Origin: a bacterium
Lineage (GTDB): Bacteria; Hydrothermota; 32-111
Direction of reading: 5' to 3'
Assembly: GCA_046484245.1 (NCBI GenBank)
Contig: JAWOBN010000021.1
Span: forward strand, 1 to 27,448
Length of the DNA stretch: 27,448 bases
Numbering within the stretch: position 1 is the first letter of the stretch; the number at the start of each line of letters is the position of its first letter. Made by a program: the position numbers and the translations under genes. Below the pieces are notes generated by a model. The model saw only the letters and a list, made by a program, of their open reading frames with translations. It ran no database searches and was not told the origin of the DNA. Shown here in pieces: positions 1 to 7,653 of this stretch.

Positions 1-206
1 ATCGAGGAATGTGCCGCTATCGATGTTGAAACCATAGGGTATGCCGCCTGCTAGCAAGTGGGAGCTTATCCGCAGGAGCGAACCCTGCTGTTTGTCGCCA
101 CAACGAACCGCGCTGCGCTACGATGTGTCGCGCATCGCCACGATATGTGGCGCATAGTGCACACGAACTTGTCTTCGGCTCAATCTGGGTTTGCCGTCCA
201 CCGGGC

Positions 207-476
207 CTATGGGAGCGCGACCGGGTCGCCCCGATCCATAGCTACCTTCAGCGAGCTCACGAACTTGCCAGCGGCTGAAACTGGGTCCGCTGCACCGGCT
301 AGCGTCTTGATCAGGGCGCTCCCCACGATGACGCCATCGGCGATCCGAGCCACGTCCGCTGCCTGCTCCGGGGTGCTGATGCCGAAGCCGACTGCCAAGG
401 GCTTGTCGGTGAGGGCTCGCACGTCGCGGACGAAGCCGACCAGGTCCCCTGGCGCCAGAGAGGTCTTCGGCCCTGT
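207..476 (-). pseudogene. trpA: 3' fragment of tryptophan synthase alpha chain (5'-truncated at a GC-content junction)
   Basis: Translation [54 protein letters not shown] matches the TrpA C-terminal signature (TG.r..L / [14 protein letters not shown] / [10 protein letters not shown]). Upstream of ~476 the frame no longer resembles TrpA. The region is GC-rich (38/60 G+C in 241-300). Confidence 0.85.
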
Positions 477-477
477 G

Positions 478-762
478 AAGGCAAGGAGTTTGCTGCCTTC
501 AGTGTATAAACTCAGTCCATTGAGCAGGTCAGTATTTGCAGGCAGTTCAATGCTCAAGTATCAGTTGCCCGGAGAGTCCAATGTGGATATAAGCATATAT
601 GACATCTCAGGCAGAATGGTAAATAATATTGTCAGTGGAGTGAAGAAAGCAGGAGTTTACAAGATAAACATAAATGCATCCGATTACAGTTCAGGCACAT
701 ATTTCATAAGAATGAAAGCTGATGAATATGAACATGCCGAGAGGATGACAATAGTAAGATAA
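478..762 (+). pseudogene. 3' end of a secreted protein: FlgD-Ig / T9SS type-A-like C-terminal sorting domain (5' part absent from the window)
   Basis: [28 protein letters not shown]...AGVYKINI...SSGTYFIRM matches the Y.LP..V.I.IYD..GR.V / SG.YFI pattern. GC falls to about 40% (24/60 in 601-660). No plausible start or N-terminal domain follows the junction; the start coordinate is approximate. Confidence 0.75.
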
Positions 763-763
763 T

Positions 764-795
764 GAATAAAGCAGGGATTTCCCCTGCTTTTATTC
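764..795. terminator. Bidirectional intrinsic terminator between convergent genes
   Basis: GAATAAAGCAGGG-ATTTC-CCCTGCTTTTATTC: a GC stem flanked by A- and T-tracts, lying between the stop codons at 762 (+) and 790 (-). Confidence 0.8.
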
Positions 796-1515
796 TGTGA
801 TTTTTTTAATATAATTCAGTGAATTGACATACATGCCAATATGTCCGGTATCACTGCCGGTAATATTGAGATTTAGTCCCGAATCACCTGTAAAATACTG
901 TATGATATTACTGCATGCATTCCTGCATGTGAATGGATGAATCAGAATCCATGCACCGAATATACCGAATAATTTTGTGAAATCAGCCGAAAAGGAGCAA
1001 ATGCTCATTACAAAGAGCACCCTTCCCCCTGTTTTCCTGTTGAAATGGAATGCCTCAATAAGCCTGTCTGCAATGGATTCATCATCAGTAAGGAAATAGT
1101 AGTTTACATCCTTACTCCCGAACCGGGGGTAATCCCTGAATTTACATTCTATGTCACAGTTATCCCTCTCACAGTAATCCGTGAAACGGACAGGGCAGTC
1201 AAGGGGCTTTTCACAGTATGAGGGTGTTATGAGGATTTTCAGGGGTAATTTATGTTTTAATCTATAAATAAGCGAGTTTTCAAAAGGAGCCCTGCGGCCG
1301 GGATTATACTGATAGATGGATTTTGAATAATGAAGAGCATTATAGAATGTCCTGTACGGGTATTTGAACAGCAGTCCGGCCAGTTTCTTCAGTGTATTCT
1401 TATTACTCAAATATGTGTTGACTGAGTGATGCGGGTGACGGATAACACCCAGTTTAAACCCAAAAAAATACAGTAAATATGCTGCTATACTCTTCATCCC
1501 ATAAATATACCCCAT
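790..1515 (-). CDS. Cys-rich hypothetical protein, possibly a divergent DUF116-like metal-binding protein
   Basis: 241-aa ORF with motifs ILITPSYCEKPLDC..FTDYCERDNCDIEC, VLFVMSICSF and IHPFTCRNAC. The spacing resembles DUF116 by eye only. Confidence 0.6.
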   Translation of the reverse strand: MGYIYGMKSIAAYLLYFFGFKLGVIRHPHHSVNTYLSNKNTLKKLAGLLFKYPYRTFYNALHYSKSIYQYNPGRRAPFENSLIYRLKHKLPLKILITPSYCEKPLDCPVRFTDYCERDNCDIECKFRDYPRFGSKDVNYYFLTDDESIADRLIEAFHFNRKTGGRVLFVMSICSFSADFTKLFGIFGAWILIHPFTCRNACSNIIQYFTGDSGLNLNITGSDTGHIGMYVNSLNYIKKITE

Positions 1516-1537
1516 TTTAAACTTCCGTCAACACTCT

Positions 1538-1583
1538 ATTTACAAAGACCGGGTGTCAAATCTGTTGAATTATCTCCTCAAAT
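1538..1583 (+). repeat. Left terminal inverted repeat of the Y1 element
   Basis: ATTTACAAAGACCGGGTGTCAAATCTGTTGAATTATCTCCTCAAAT is the reverse complement of 2421-2466 with 6 mismatches. Confidence 0.95.
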
Positions 1584-1592
1584 GCATATAAT
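1565..1592 (+). promoter_or_regulatory. Putative sigma70 promoter of the transposase
   Basis: TTGAAT (1565-1570), 16-bp spacer, TATAAT (1587-1592), followed by RBS AAAGGAGG and the ATG at 1614. Confidence 0.65.
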
Positions 1593-1613
1593 AATAATAC
1601 AAAGGAGGTTATT

Positions 1614-2426
1614 ATGGGAGTAATACGGATTGAAAAGGAGGGATATTATTATCATGTCATGGCAAGGGGGCAGAGGAAGAATCCCCTGTTTTTCTCAGAC
1701 AAAGATAAGTATGTTTTCCTTCAGTATCTCAGAGAGGAATTAGAGGCAACAGATATTGAGTTATATGCATACTGTCTCATGAGAAATCATTTTCATCTAC
1801 TGATCAGGCGGGGCAAGGATGATATTTCAAAATTCATGCATCATCTCAATCTGAGGTATGCGATTTATCTAAACAACAAGTACGACCTTGTAGGTCATGT
1901 ATTTCAGGGAAGATACAAGTCATTTATAATCCTGAGCATCAGGTATCTGCATACTGTGAAAAATTATATTCATTACAATCCTGTCAAAGCAGGATATGTT
2001 ATCAATGAGAAATACTATAAATTCTCCAGTGCTGATTTCTACAATGACGGTTCCTCCATTATTCCGGTCAGACGTATAAATTATGCGCGCATAATGGATT
2101 TTGATTATGACAAGATAGTAAATACCAAGAAGGGTTATATCGGTACAGAGGATGAATTCCTCACATTGCAGAAGAGGGAGAGACAAAGAAATGCTTATAA
2201 CAACAGGGAAAGAAGAGAACTCTACAGTAATCAAAGGGCATTGTTAAAAGAAATTCTGAAGAGCCATAATCTCAGTCTGAAAGAACTCAAATACTTGAAG
2301 CATGCAAAGTCAAATACTGTTGTAAAAGAAATAATGCGCGAACTTAAAGACAAAGGGCTTAATCAAACTACTATAGCTAGATTACTCAATTATTCTAGAC
2401 AAAGAGTATCTCAGATTCTTAATTGA
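1614..2426 (+). CDS. REP-associated-type tyrosine transposase (Y1_Tnp HUH endonuclease) with C-terminal helix-turn-helix
   Basis: Motifs YHVMARG, AYCLMRNHFHLL (HUH), GHVFQGRYKS, YIHYNPVKAG (catalytic Tyr region) and YKFSS. C-terminal GLNQTTIARLLNYSRQRVSQIL is HTH-like. Strong RBS. Confidence 0.92.
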   Translation: MGVIRIEKEGYYYHVMARGQRKNPLFFSDKDKYVFLQYLREELEATDIELYAYCLMRNHFHLLIRRGKDDISKFMHHLNLRYAIYLNNKYDLVGHVFQGRYKSFIILSIRYLHTVKNYIHYNPVKAGYVINEKYYKFSSADFYNDGSSIIPVRRINYARIMDFDYDKIVNTKKGYIGTEDEFLTLQKRERQRNAYNNRERRELYSNQRALLKEILKSHNLSLKELKYLKHAKSNTVVKEIMRELKDKGLNQTTIARLLNYSRQRVSQILN

Positions 2427-2466
2427 AGAGATAATTTGACAGATTTAACACCCGGTCTTAGTAAAT
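2421..2466 (-). repeat. Right terminal inverted repeat of the Y1 element (overlaps the transposase stop codon)
   Basis: AATTGAAGAGATAATTTGACAGATTTAACACCCGGTCTTAGTAAAT; contains the TGA stop at 2424-2426. Confidence 0.95.
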
Positions 2467-2657
2467 GTATTTAATTCGGTTGTTTATGAGATGCTTTGGG
2501 GAGATTGGCAGATCTGTATGGGGATAGGGTTGTCATGAAGGTTTTACAGTGGAATGAATTACTGTCATATTGTACATGTCAATTATCCTTAAGTGGAGAA
2601 ATGAGCTGATTTATCTGCGGTATGAACATTGCTTCTATTAATGGTAAAGGAGGCATC

Positions 2658-3281
2658 ATGAATCAGATACAAAAAGAGCTCTTGAGGGACAGTGATTTCA
2701 GGAATACGGTTCACATGGTTCTCAGTAAGAGATATGACAACAGGTCATTTGTTTACTATTTGGACAGTAAAGACAGAATTGTCAGTATAGACAACAGTTT
2801 CATAGAATTTGCACTGGAGAATACTGCAGGCAATTTAATGAAAGACATTGAATTTTCCAATATATGGCAATATATATCAGGCAAGGCTGTCAGACACATA
2901 TACAGGGGATTATTCAAGGAAATAAGGGAAAACAGGCGCGAAGTGGAATTCCCCTTCAGATGTGATTCACCCTATGAGAAGAGATTCATGCAGATGAAGA
3001 TGATACCCCTGTCAGCAGGGAAGATAGGATTCATCAGCCAATTGATAAGAACAGAAAGATATGAGACATACAACAGGCTTCTTGACACGCATTTAATGAG
3101 AGACAGCAAATATATATCAATGTGCTCGTGGTGTAAATCAATTGAGGTCAGTATCGGGAAGAAGAAGGAATGGGTGGATATTGAAAAGGGCATTGAATAT
3201 TACAGGCTATTTGCAGAAAAAAGAATGCCTGCAATATCGCATGGTATATGCCCCGATTGTGCCTCCCGGTTTAAGATTTAG
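2658..3281 (+). CDS. PAS-like domain protein with C-terminal CxxC...HxxCxxC putative zinc-binding domain
   Basis: RBS AAAGGAGG precedes the ATG at 2658 (preferred over 2622). YYLDSKDRIVSID...FPFRCDSP..KRFMQM is PAS-like. MCSWCKSI...W..IE...ISHGICPDC is a tail commonly seen on signalling proteins. Confidence 0.75.
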   Translation: MNQIQKELLRDSDFRNTVHMVLSKRYDNRSFVYYLDSKDRIVSIDNSFIEFALENTAGNLMKDIEFSNIWQYISGKAVRHIYRGLFKEIRENRREVEFPFRCDSPYEKRFMQMKMIPLSAGKIGFISQLIRTERYETYNRLLDTHLMRDSKYISMCSWCKSIEVSIGKKKEWVDIEKGIEYYRLFAEKRMPAISHGICPDCASRFKI

Positions 3282-3296
3282 ATATGAGGAGATATT

Positions 3297-6200
3297 ATGA
3301 TTAAACAGATTAAACAGAATGAACCGAGTGAATTAAAAGAATGCATGTTCAAGACATACTGTGAACTGCCGATTGGGATTATTATAATGAACTCAGAACA
3401 GCAAATTGTTGAGATCAATGACATTGCCCTTGAATTATCCGGATACAGAAGGGATGAGCTTATAGGAAAGAAATGTCATAAGACATTATGCCCGGCACTT
3501 GAGGACAATTGTCCTGTGCTTCATCAGCATAAGGATATTGACAGATCAGAGAAGATATTGATTGATAAGAATGGAAAGGAGATAGATATACTCACATCTG
3601 TTATCAAGAAGGAAATCAATTCCGAAACATATCTCATTGAAACAATTGAGGATGTAAGCAGTATGAGGAAGAATCAGAATGAACTTGTAAAGAAGTCCAA
3701 AATAGACCTGTTGAGAATATCCATATGGGAGCATATCAATGTTTCCGAAAGCAGGGACGCGCTGATACAGTCATTTATTGATGATATAGGCGAACACCTC
3801 AATCTGGACAATCTTCTCTTCATCAATATGGACCATGAAAACAATGTTTCCTCTTTTGAATTTGAGTACAACAAAAGGGAGCATTCAGTCACAGGTCTTT
3901 CATTTCAACTTGACATGTTAAAAGGATATTTCGGGAAACATTACACAGTTATAAACAGACACAATATACCCCCGACAATGAAAAAAGAGATAATGCATAT
4001 TTATGATAAATACGGCATCTATTCAACACTCAATATTGCAGTCGGTGACAAGGACAATCCGCGTGCTTATCTTTCTTCAAGTACACTTGACCCCGATAAA
4101 ATATGGAATCAGGAGGAAATCAATCTGCTTATTGAATCTGCCAATATACTGGATATGAAATTAAATCAATTATCAATAAAGAGTCAGCTTGAAGAGACTA
4201 AGACATTCTACAAGAATATATTTGAAAATTTTGCAGACCTCTATCTGAGGTCATCACTGGACGGCCGGATTGAGACACTGAGCCCCTCAGTCAAAGACAT
4301 GCTCGGATACTCACCGGAAGAATTGTACGGCAGCAATATCAAGGTTATTTACACTGACCTGCATGACAGGGAAGAGTTCATCCGTCAATTGAAGAAAACG
4401 GGGAGTGTCTCAAATTATGAGCTGCGTCTCAAGACAAAAAAGGGCAATGTGAAAACATGCTCTGTCAATGCGCATTTTATTTATGACAGTGACGGCAACC
4501 CTCAGTATATTGAGGGTTCTCTGCATGACATAACAAATATCAAGCAGATTGAAAAGGCATTGTTCCGTTCTCAGGAGAGATTTCAGATGCATTTTGAATA
4601 TTCCTCACAGGCAATAATTGAGGTTACCAATAAGCTCATTATCTCTGCGTGGAATCCTGCTGCAGAGAGGATATTCGGATTCAGCGGGGAAGAATCCATA
4701 GGCAAAAGGATAGACGAGCTGATTATCCCTCATAATGAGAAAGACAGAGCTGTAAACCTGCTGGATGAATTAAAGAGCAAGAAAGAGAGTATAAAGACAA
4801 TAAACAGGAATATTACAAAAAGCGGAAAAACAGTGATATGCGAATGGTATGAGACCCCGCTTATTGACAAGAACGGACAGTTCCTGGGCATAATGTCAAC
4901 TGCCAAGAATATCACTGAGGATATTAAGAACAGAAAATCCCTGGAACAATTATCCAAAGCAGTTGAACAGAGCCCTGCTTCAATTGTAATAACAGACAAA
5001 GAGGGGGATATTGAGTATGTGAATAAGAAATTCACTGATATTACAGGGTACAGTTATGATGATGCAATTGGTGAAAACCCCCGAATCCTTAATTCAGGTG
5101 AGCAGGATAAGGGGCTCTACACTGAAATGTGGGACACAATACTTTCAGGCAATGAATGGACAGGGCAGTTAAGGAATAAGACCAAGGACGGAAGATTGTT
5201 CTGGGAACAGGCATCCATATCCCCCATGCTTGATGAGGAAGGCCGGATATCCCATTTTGTTGCAGTGAAGGAGGACATAACATTAAAGAAACAGAGACAG
5301 GAGGAACTCAAACAAACCAAGAAACAACTGGAAATTATGAATAAGGAGCTGCTCAGCAATATTGATATGGCAAATCAATATGCACTGGAAGCGCAATTCG
5401 CCAATGAGGCGAAGAGCAGATTCCTGGCAAATATGTCGCATGAAATCAGAACACCGATGAATGGCATTATGGGGATGCTTGGTCTTCTTCAGGACACCTC
5501 GCTTGATGAGAGTCAGCATGAATATGCTGGCATTGCACAGAGCAGTGCCGAATCTCTGCTTTCACTGATAAATGACATACTTGATTTCTCCAAGATTGAG
5601 TCCGGGAAACTGGAAATGGAGGAGACATCCTTCAATCTGCAGAATATACTGGAGGAATTGAATGATATGCTCGGATTGAGAGCCCAGCAGAGCCGCATTG
5701 AATATGCCTACCTCATTCCCGGGCAGATACAGGGGAATCTGATAGGTGATTCCGGCAGATTAAGGCAGGTTCTTGTCAATCTTCTGGGCAATGCAGTGAA
5801 ATTCACTGAGGAGGGAAGTGTCAATCTTATTGTAACACAATTATCCTCAGATGAAGAAAAAGTAAGATTGGAGTTTTCAGTTGAGGATACGGGTATTGGT
5901 ATAAAAGAAGAGAAACTGGAAAAGATATTTGAAACATTCTCCCAGGCTGAGAGCGGAACAACACGGAAATACGGGGGAACTGGTCTGGGACTCACCATAT
6001 CAAAGAAACTGGTTGAACTGATGGGAGGTGAATTAACTGTTGAAAGCACTGAAGGTGAAGGATCCAAGTTCCGGTTTGATGTTGAATTCCGGAAAGACAA
6101 TGAAAATATCTGCTACAATGAACTGAATAATGAAATGAAGGAAATTAAAATCCTCGCTGTTGATGATAATGAAATAAACAGAAAATTACTGGATGTAATA

Positions 6201-7313
6201 CTGAGCAACTGGCAGATTGAGGATTACACTGTTACAGATGATTCGGAGGGTGTGCTTGATGAACTCAAGAGAGAGAATGGAAGAGGGAACCCCTATGACA
6301 TTGTACTCCTTGATATGCAGATGCCTGACAGGGACGGTATTGACATTGCCGGCTCAATAAAGAATTCAGCTGATGTCAATCCTTCAGTTATTCTGATGAC
6401 ATCCATGCTAATCAACTCCAAAGAAGAGAATATATCCTCTGTTATAGATGATTATATCACCAAACCGATAAAGAAAGAAAAACTTCTTTCAAAAATATTG
6501 AAACTCGTTAATAAGGCACAGAACATCAAAAGCATTACTGACAACACGACTGTTCCGGTGTGTGATACCATGAATGCATACAGGATTCTGCTTGTTGAGG
6601 ATAATATAACAAATCAGAAGGTTGCATCCATGATACTCAAGAATATGGGACATAAGGTTGATGTTGCTGCCAATGGCGCGGAAGCACTGGAATCTTTTAA
6701 GAGCATATCTTATGATTTGATACTGATGGATGTACAGATGCCTGTTATGGACGGGTATGAGGCAAGCAGGAGAATAAGGGAGACAGGCAGCAATGTGCCG
6801 ATACTGGCAATGACAGCAGATGTGCTGAAAGGTACAAGAGAGAAATGTATAAACAGCGGCATGAATGATTATATATCCAAGCCCGTTAATCCGGATACTG
6901 TGTCCGGTATGATCAGCAAATGGATGGAGAGGAAAGACAATGACGGGGATCAAAAAGAAGCATTATCCGGCAATGGGAAGCATCAATTTGATATTGATTC
7001 TCTTGCTGAGAGTATCGGGGGCAGTATGGATATTGCCCTCAGCATAATGGAAGAGTTCATTGTTGAAACAGAGGAGTCAATCAATGAGATCAGATCCGGC
7101 TTGAATGACCGAGACACAGGCAGAATAAGGGCAGCATCTCATAAGATAAAGGGCTCAGCAGCCACAGTAGGCGCTCAGGATATCCATGATATTACAAGAA
7201 GAATGCAGGAATGGGCTGAAAGCAGTTCAATCAGTAAAATAGATGCGTCCATTGGTGAATTGAGTGATTCATTCAACAGAATGAAAAACAGTGTCTCAGA
7301 TATAAGAAAGTAA
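3297..7313 (+). CDS. Cytoplasmic hybrid sensor histidine kinase (PAS-GAF-like-PASx3-HisKA-HATPase-RECx2-HPt)
   Basis: H-box FLANMSHEIRTPMNGI, N-box QVLVNLLGNAVKFT, G boxes DTGIGI and GGTGLGL, two receivers (LLDMQMP, LMDVQMP), HPt ASHKIKGSAATVGA, several PAS repeats. No obvious TM helix. Confidence 0.95.
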   Translation: MIKQIKQNEPSELKECMFKTYCELPIGIIIMNSEQQIVEINDIALELSGYRRDELIGKKCHKTLCPALEDNCPVLHQHKDIDRSEKILIDKNGKEIDILTSVIKKEINSETYLIETIEDVSSMRKNQNELVKKSKIDLLRISIWEHINVSESRDALIQSFIDDIGEHLNLDNLLFINMDHENNVSSFEFEYNKREHSVTGLSFQLDMLKGYFGKHYTVINRHNIPPTMKKEIMHIYDKYGIYSTLNIAVGDKDNPRAYLSSSTLDPDKIWNQEEINLLIESANILDMKLNQLSIKSQLEETKTFYKNIFENFADLYLRSSLDGRIETLSPSVKDMLGYSPEELYGSNIKVIYTDLHDREEFIRQLKKTGSVSNYELRLKTKKGNVKTCSVNAHFIYDSDGNPQYIEGSLHDITNIKQIEKALFRSQERFQMHFEYSSQAIIEVTNKLIISAWNPAAERIFGFSGEESIGKRIDELIIPHNEKDRAVNLLDELKSKKESIKTINRNITKSGKTVICEWYETPLIDKNGQFLGIMSTAKNITEDIKNRKSLEQLSKAVEQSPASIVITDKEGDIEYVNKKFTDITGYSYDDAIGENPRILNSGEQDKGLYTEMWDTILSGNEWTGQLRNKTKDGRLFWEQASISPMLDEEGRISHFVAVKEDITLKKQRQEELKQTKKQLEIMNKELLSNIDMANQYALEAQFANEAKSRFLANMSHEIRTPMNGIMGMLGLLQDTSLDESQHEYAGIAQSSAESLLSLINDILDFSKIESGKLEMEETSFNLQNILEELNDMLGLRAQQSRIEYAYLIPGQIQGNLIGDSGRLRQVLVNLLGNAVKFTEEGSVNLIVTQLSSDEEKVRLEFSVEDTGIGIKEEKLEKIFETFSQAESGTTRKYGGTGLGLTISKKLVELMGGELTVESTEGEGSKFRFDVEFRKDNENICYNELNNEMKEIKILAVDDNEINRKLLDVILSNWQIEDYTVTDDSEGVLDELKRENGRGNPYDIVLLDMQMPDRDGIDIAGSIKNSADVNPSVILMTSMLINSKEENISSVIDDYITKPIKKEKLLSKILKLVNKAQNIKSITDNTTVPVCDTMNAYRILLVEDNITNQKVASMILKNMGHKVDVAANGAEALESFKSISYDLILMDVQMPVMDGYEASRRIRETGSNVPILAMTADVLKGTREKCINSGMNDYISKPVNPDTVSGMISKWMERKDNDGDQKEALSGNGKHQFDIDSLAESIGGSMDIALSIMEEFIVETEESINEIRSGLNDRDTGRIRAASHKIKGSAATVGAQDIHDITRRMQEWAESSSISKIDASIGELSDSFNRMKNSVSDIRK

Positions 7314-7358
7314 GAGATCTGATTAATTGACATTATTGGCAGCAAAGTGTTATGCGTC

Positions 7359-7556
7359 TTTCCTCATAAGAAAAAGTCACTGAATATAATTATTATGTAA
7401 TGTTTGTTTTCTTAACAAAAAAGCATTGAGCATAGTGATTGATGTAATGACGGAGAGGCTCACACATTCTCATCAGCACCGAATTACCGGTTATGCACGG
7501 GTTGGCAAAGGCGCTTTCTGAGAACTGTCTTCGCCTTATTATTATTTATGAGGAAA
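7359..7556. other. Candidate structured intergenic element (ncRNA, leader or small inverted-repeat element)
   Basis: An 11-bp perfect inverted repeat TTTCCTCATAA / TTATGAGGAAA encloses several internal hairpins. TTGACA lies upstream at 7327-7332. Confidence 0.3.
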
Positions 7557-7600
7557 CATATGTCTTTCAAGTACTTTATTTTTGAGGAATAACTATTATG

Positions 7601-7628
7601 TTGCATTTTGAAATGTATCAATTATAAT
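7601..7628 (+). promoter_or_regulatory. Putative sigma70 promoter of the S8 peptidase gene
   Basis: TTGCAT, 16-bp spacer, TATAAT; RBS-like AAGGGGG before the ATG at 7654. Confidence 0.6.
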
Positions 7629-7653
7629 TATAGAAACCAAAAGGGGGCATAAA

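Larger units (their letters stand above)
1538..2466 (+). mobile_element. Inverted-repeat-bounded Y1 HUH (RAYT/IS200-like) element, 929 bp
   Basis: A single transposase ORF is tightly enclosed by 46-bp inverted repeats (40/46 identical). No convincing target-site duplication. Confidence 0.85.

Noticed and set aside
1..54. Possible 3' end of a plus-strand gene (IEECAAIDVETIGYAAC*)
   Set aside because: Only 17 codons with no recognisable motif, so it cannot be supported.
477..557. N-terminal 27 aa of the 116-aa minus-strand ORF as part of TrpA
   Set aside because: No TrpA similarity; it is the antisense of the C-terminal-domain coding sequence across the junction.
58..762. 234-aa ORF as a single real gene
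   Set aside because: Its first ~140 codons are the antisense of GC-rich trpA and adjacent DNA; only the part after ~478 looks like protein. It spans the suspected chimeric junction.
7452..7522. Glycine-riboswitch-like words (GGAGAG...CACCGAA) and a TPP-like CTGAGA
   Set aside because: The required downstream elements (GAAGG/GCAA..CTCTCAGG for glycine; ACCTGA..GGGA for TPP) are absent, and the downstream gene does not fit.
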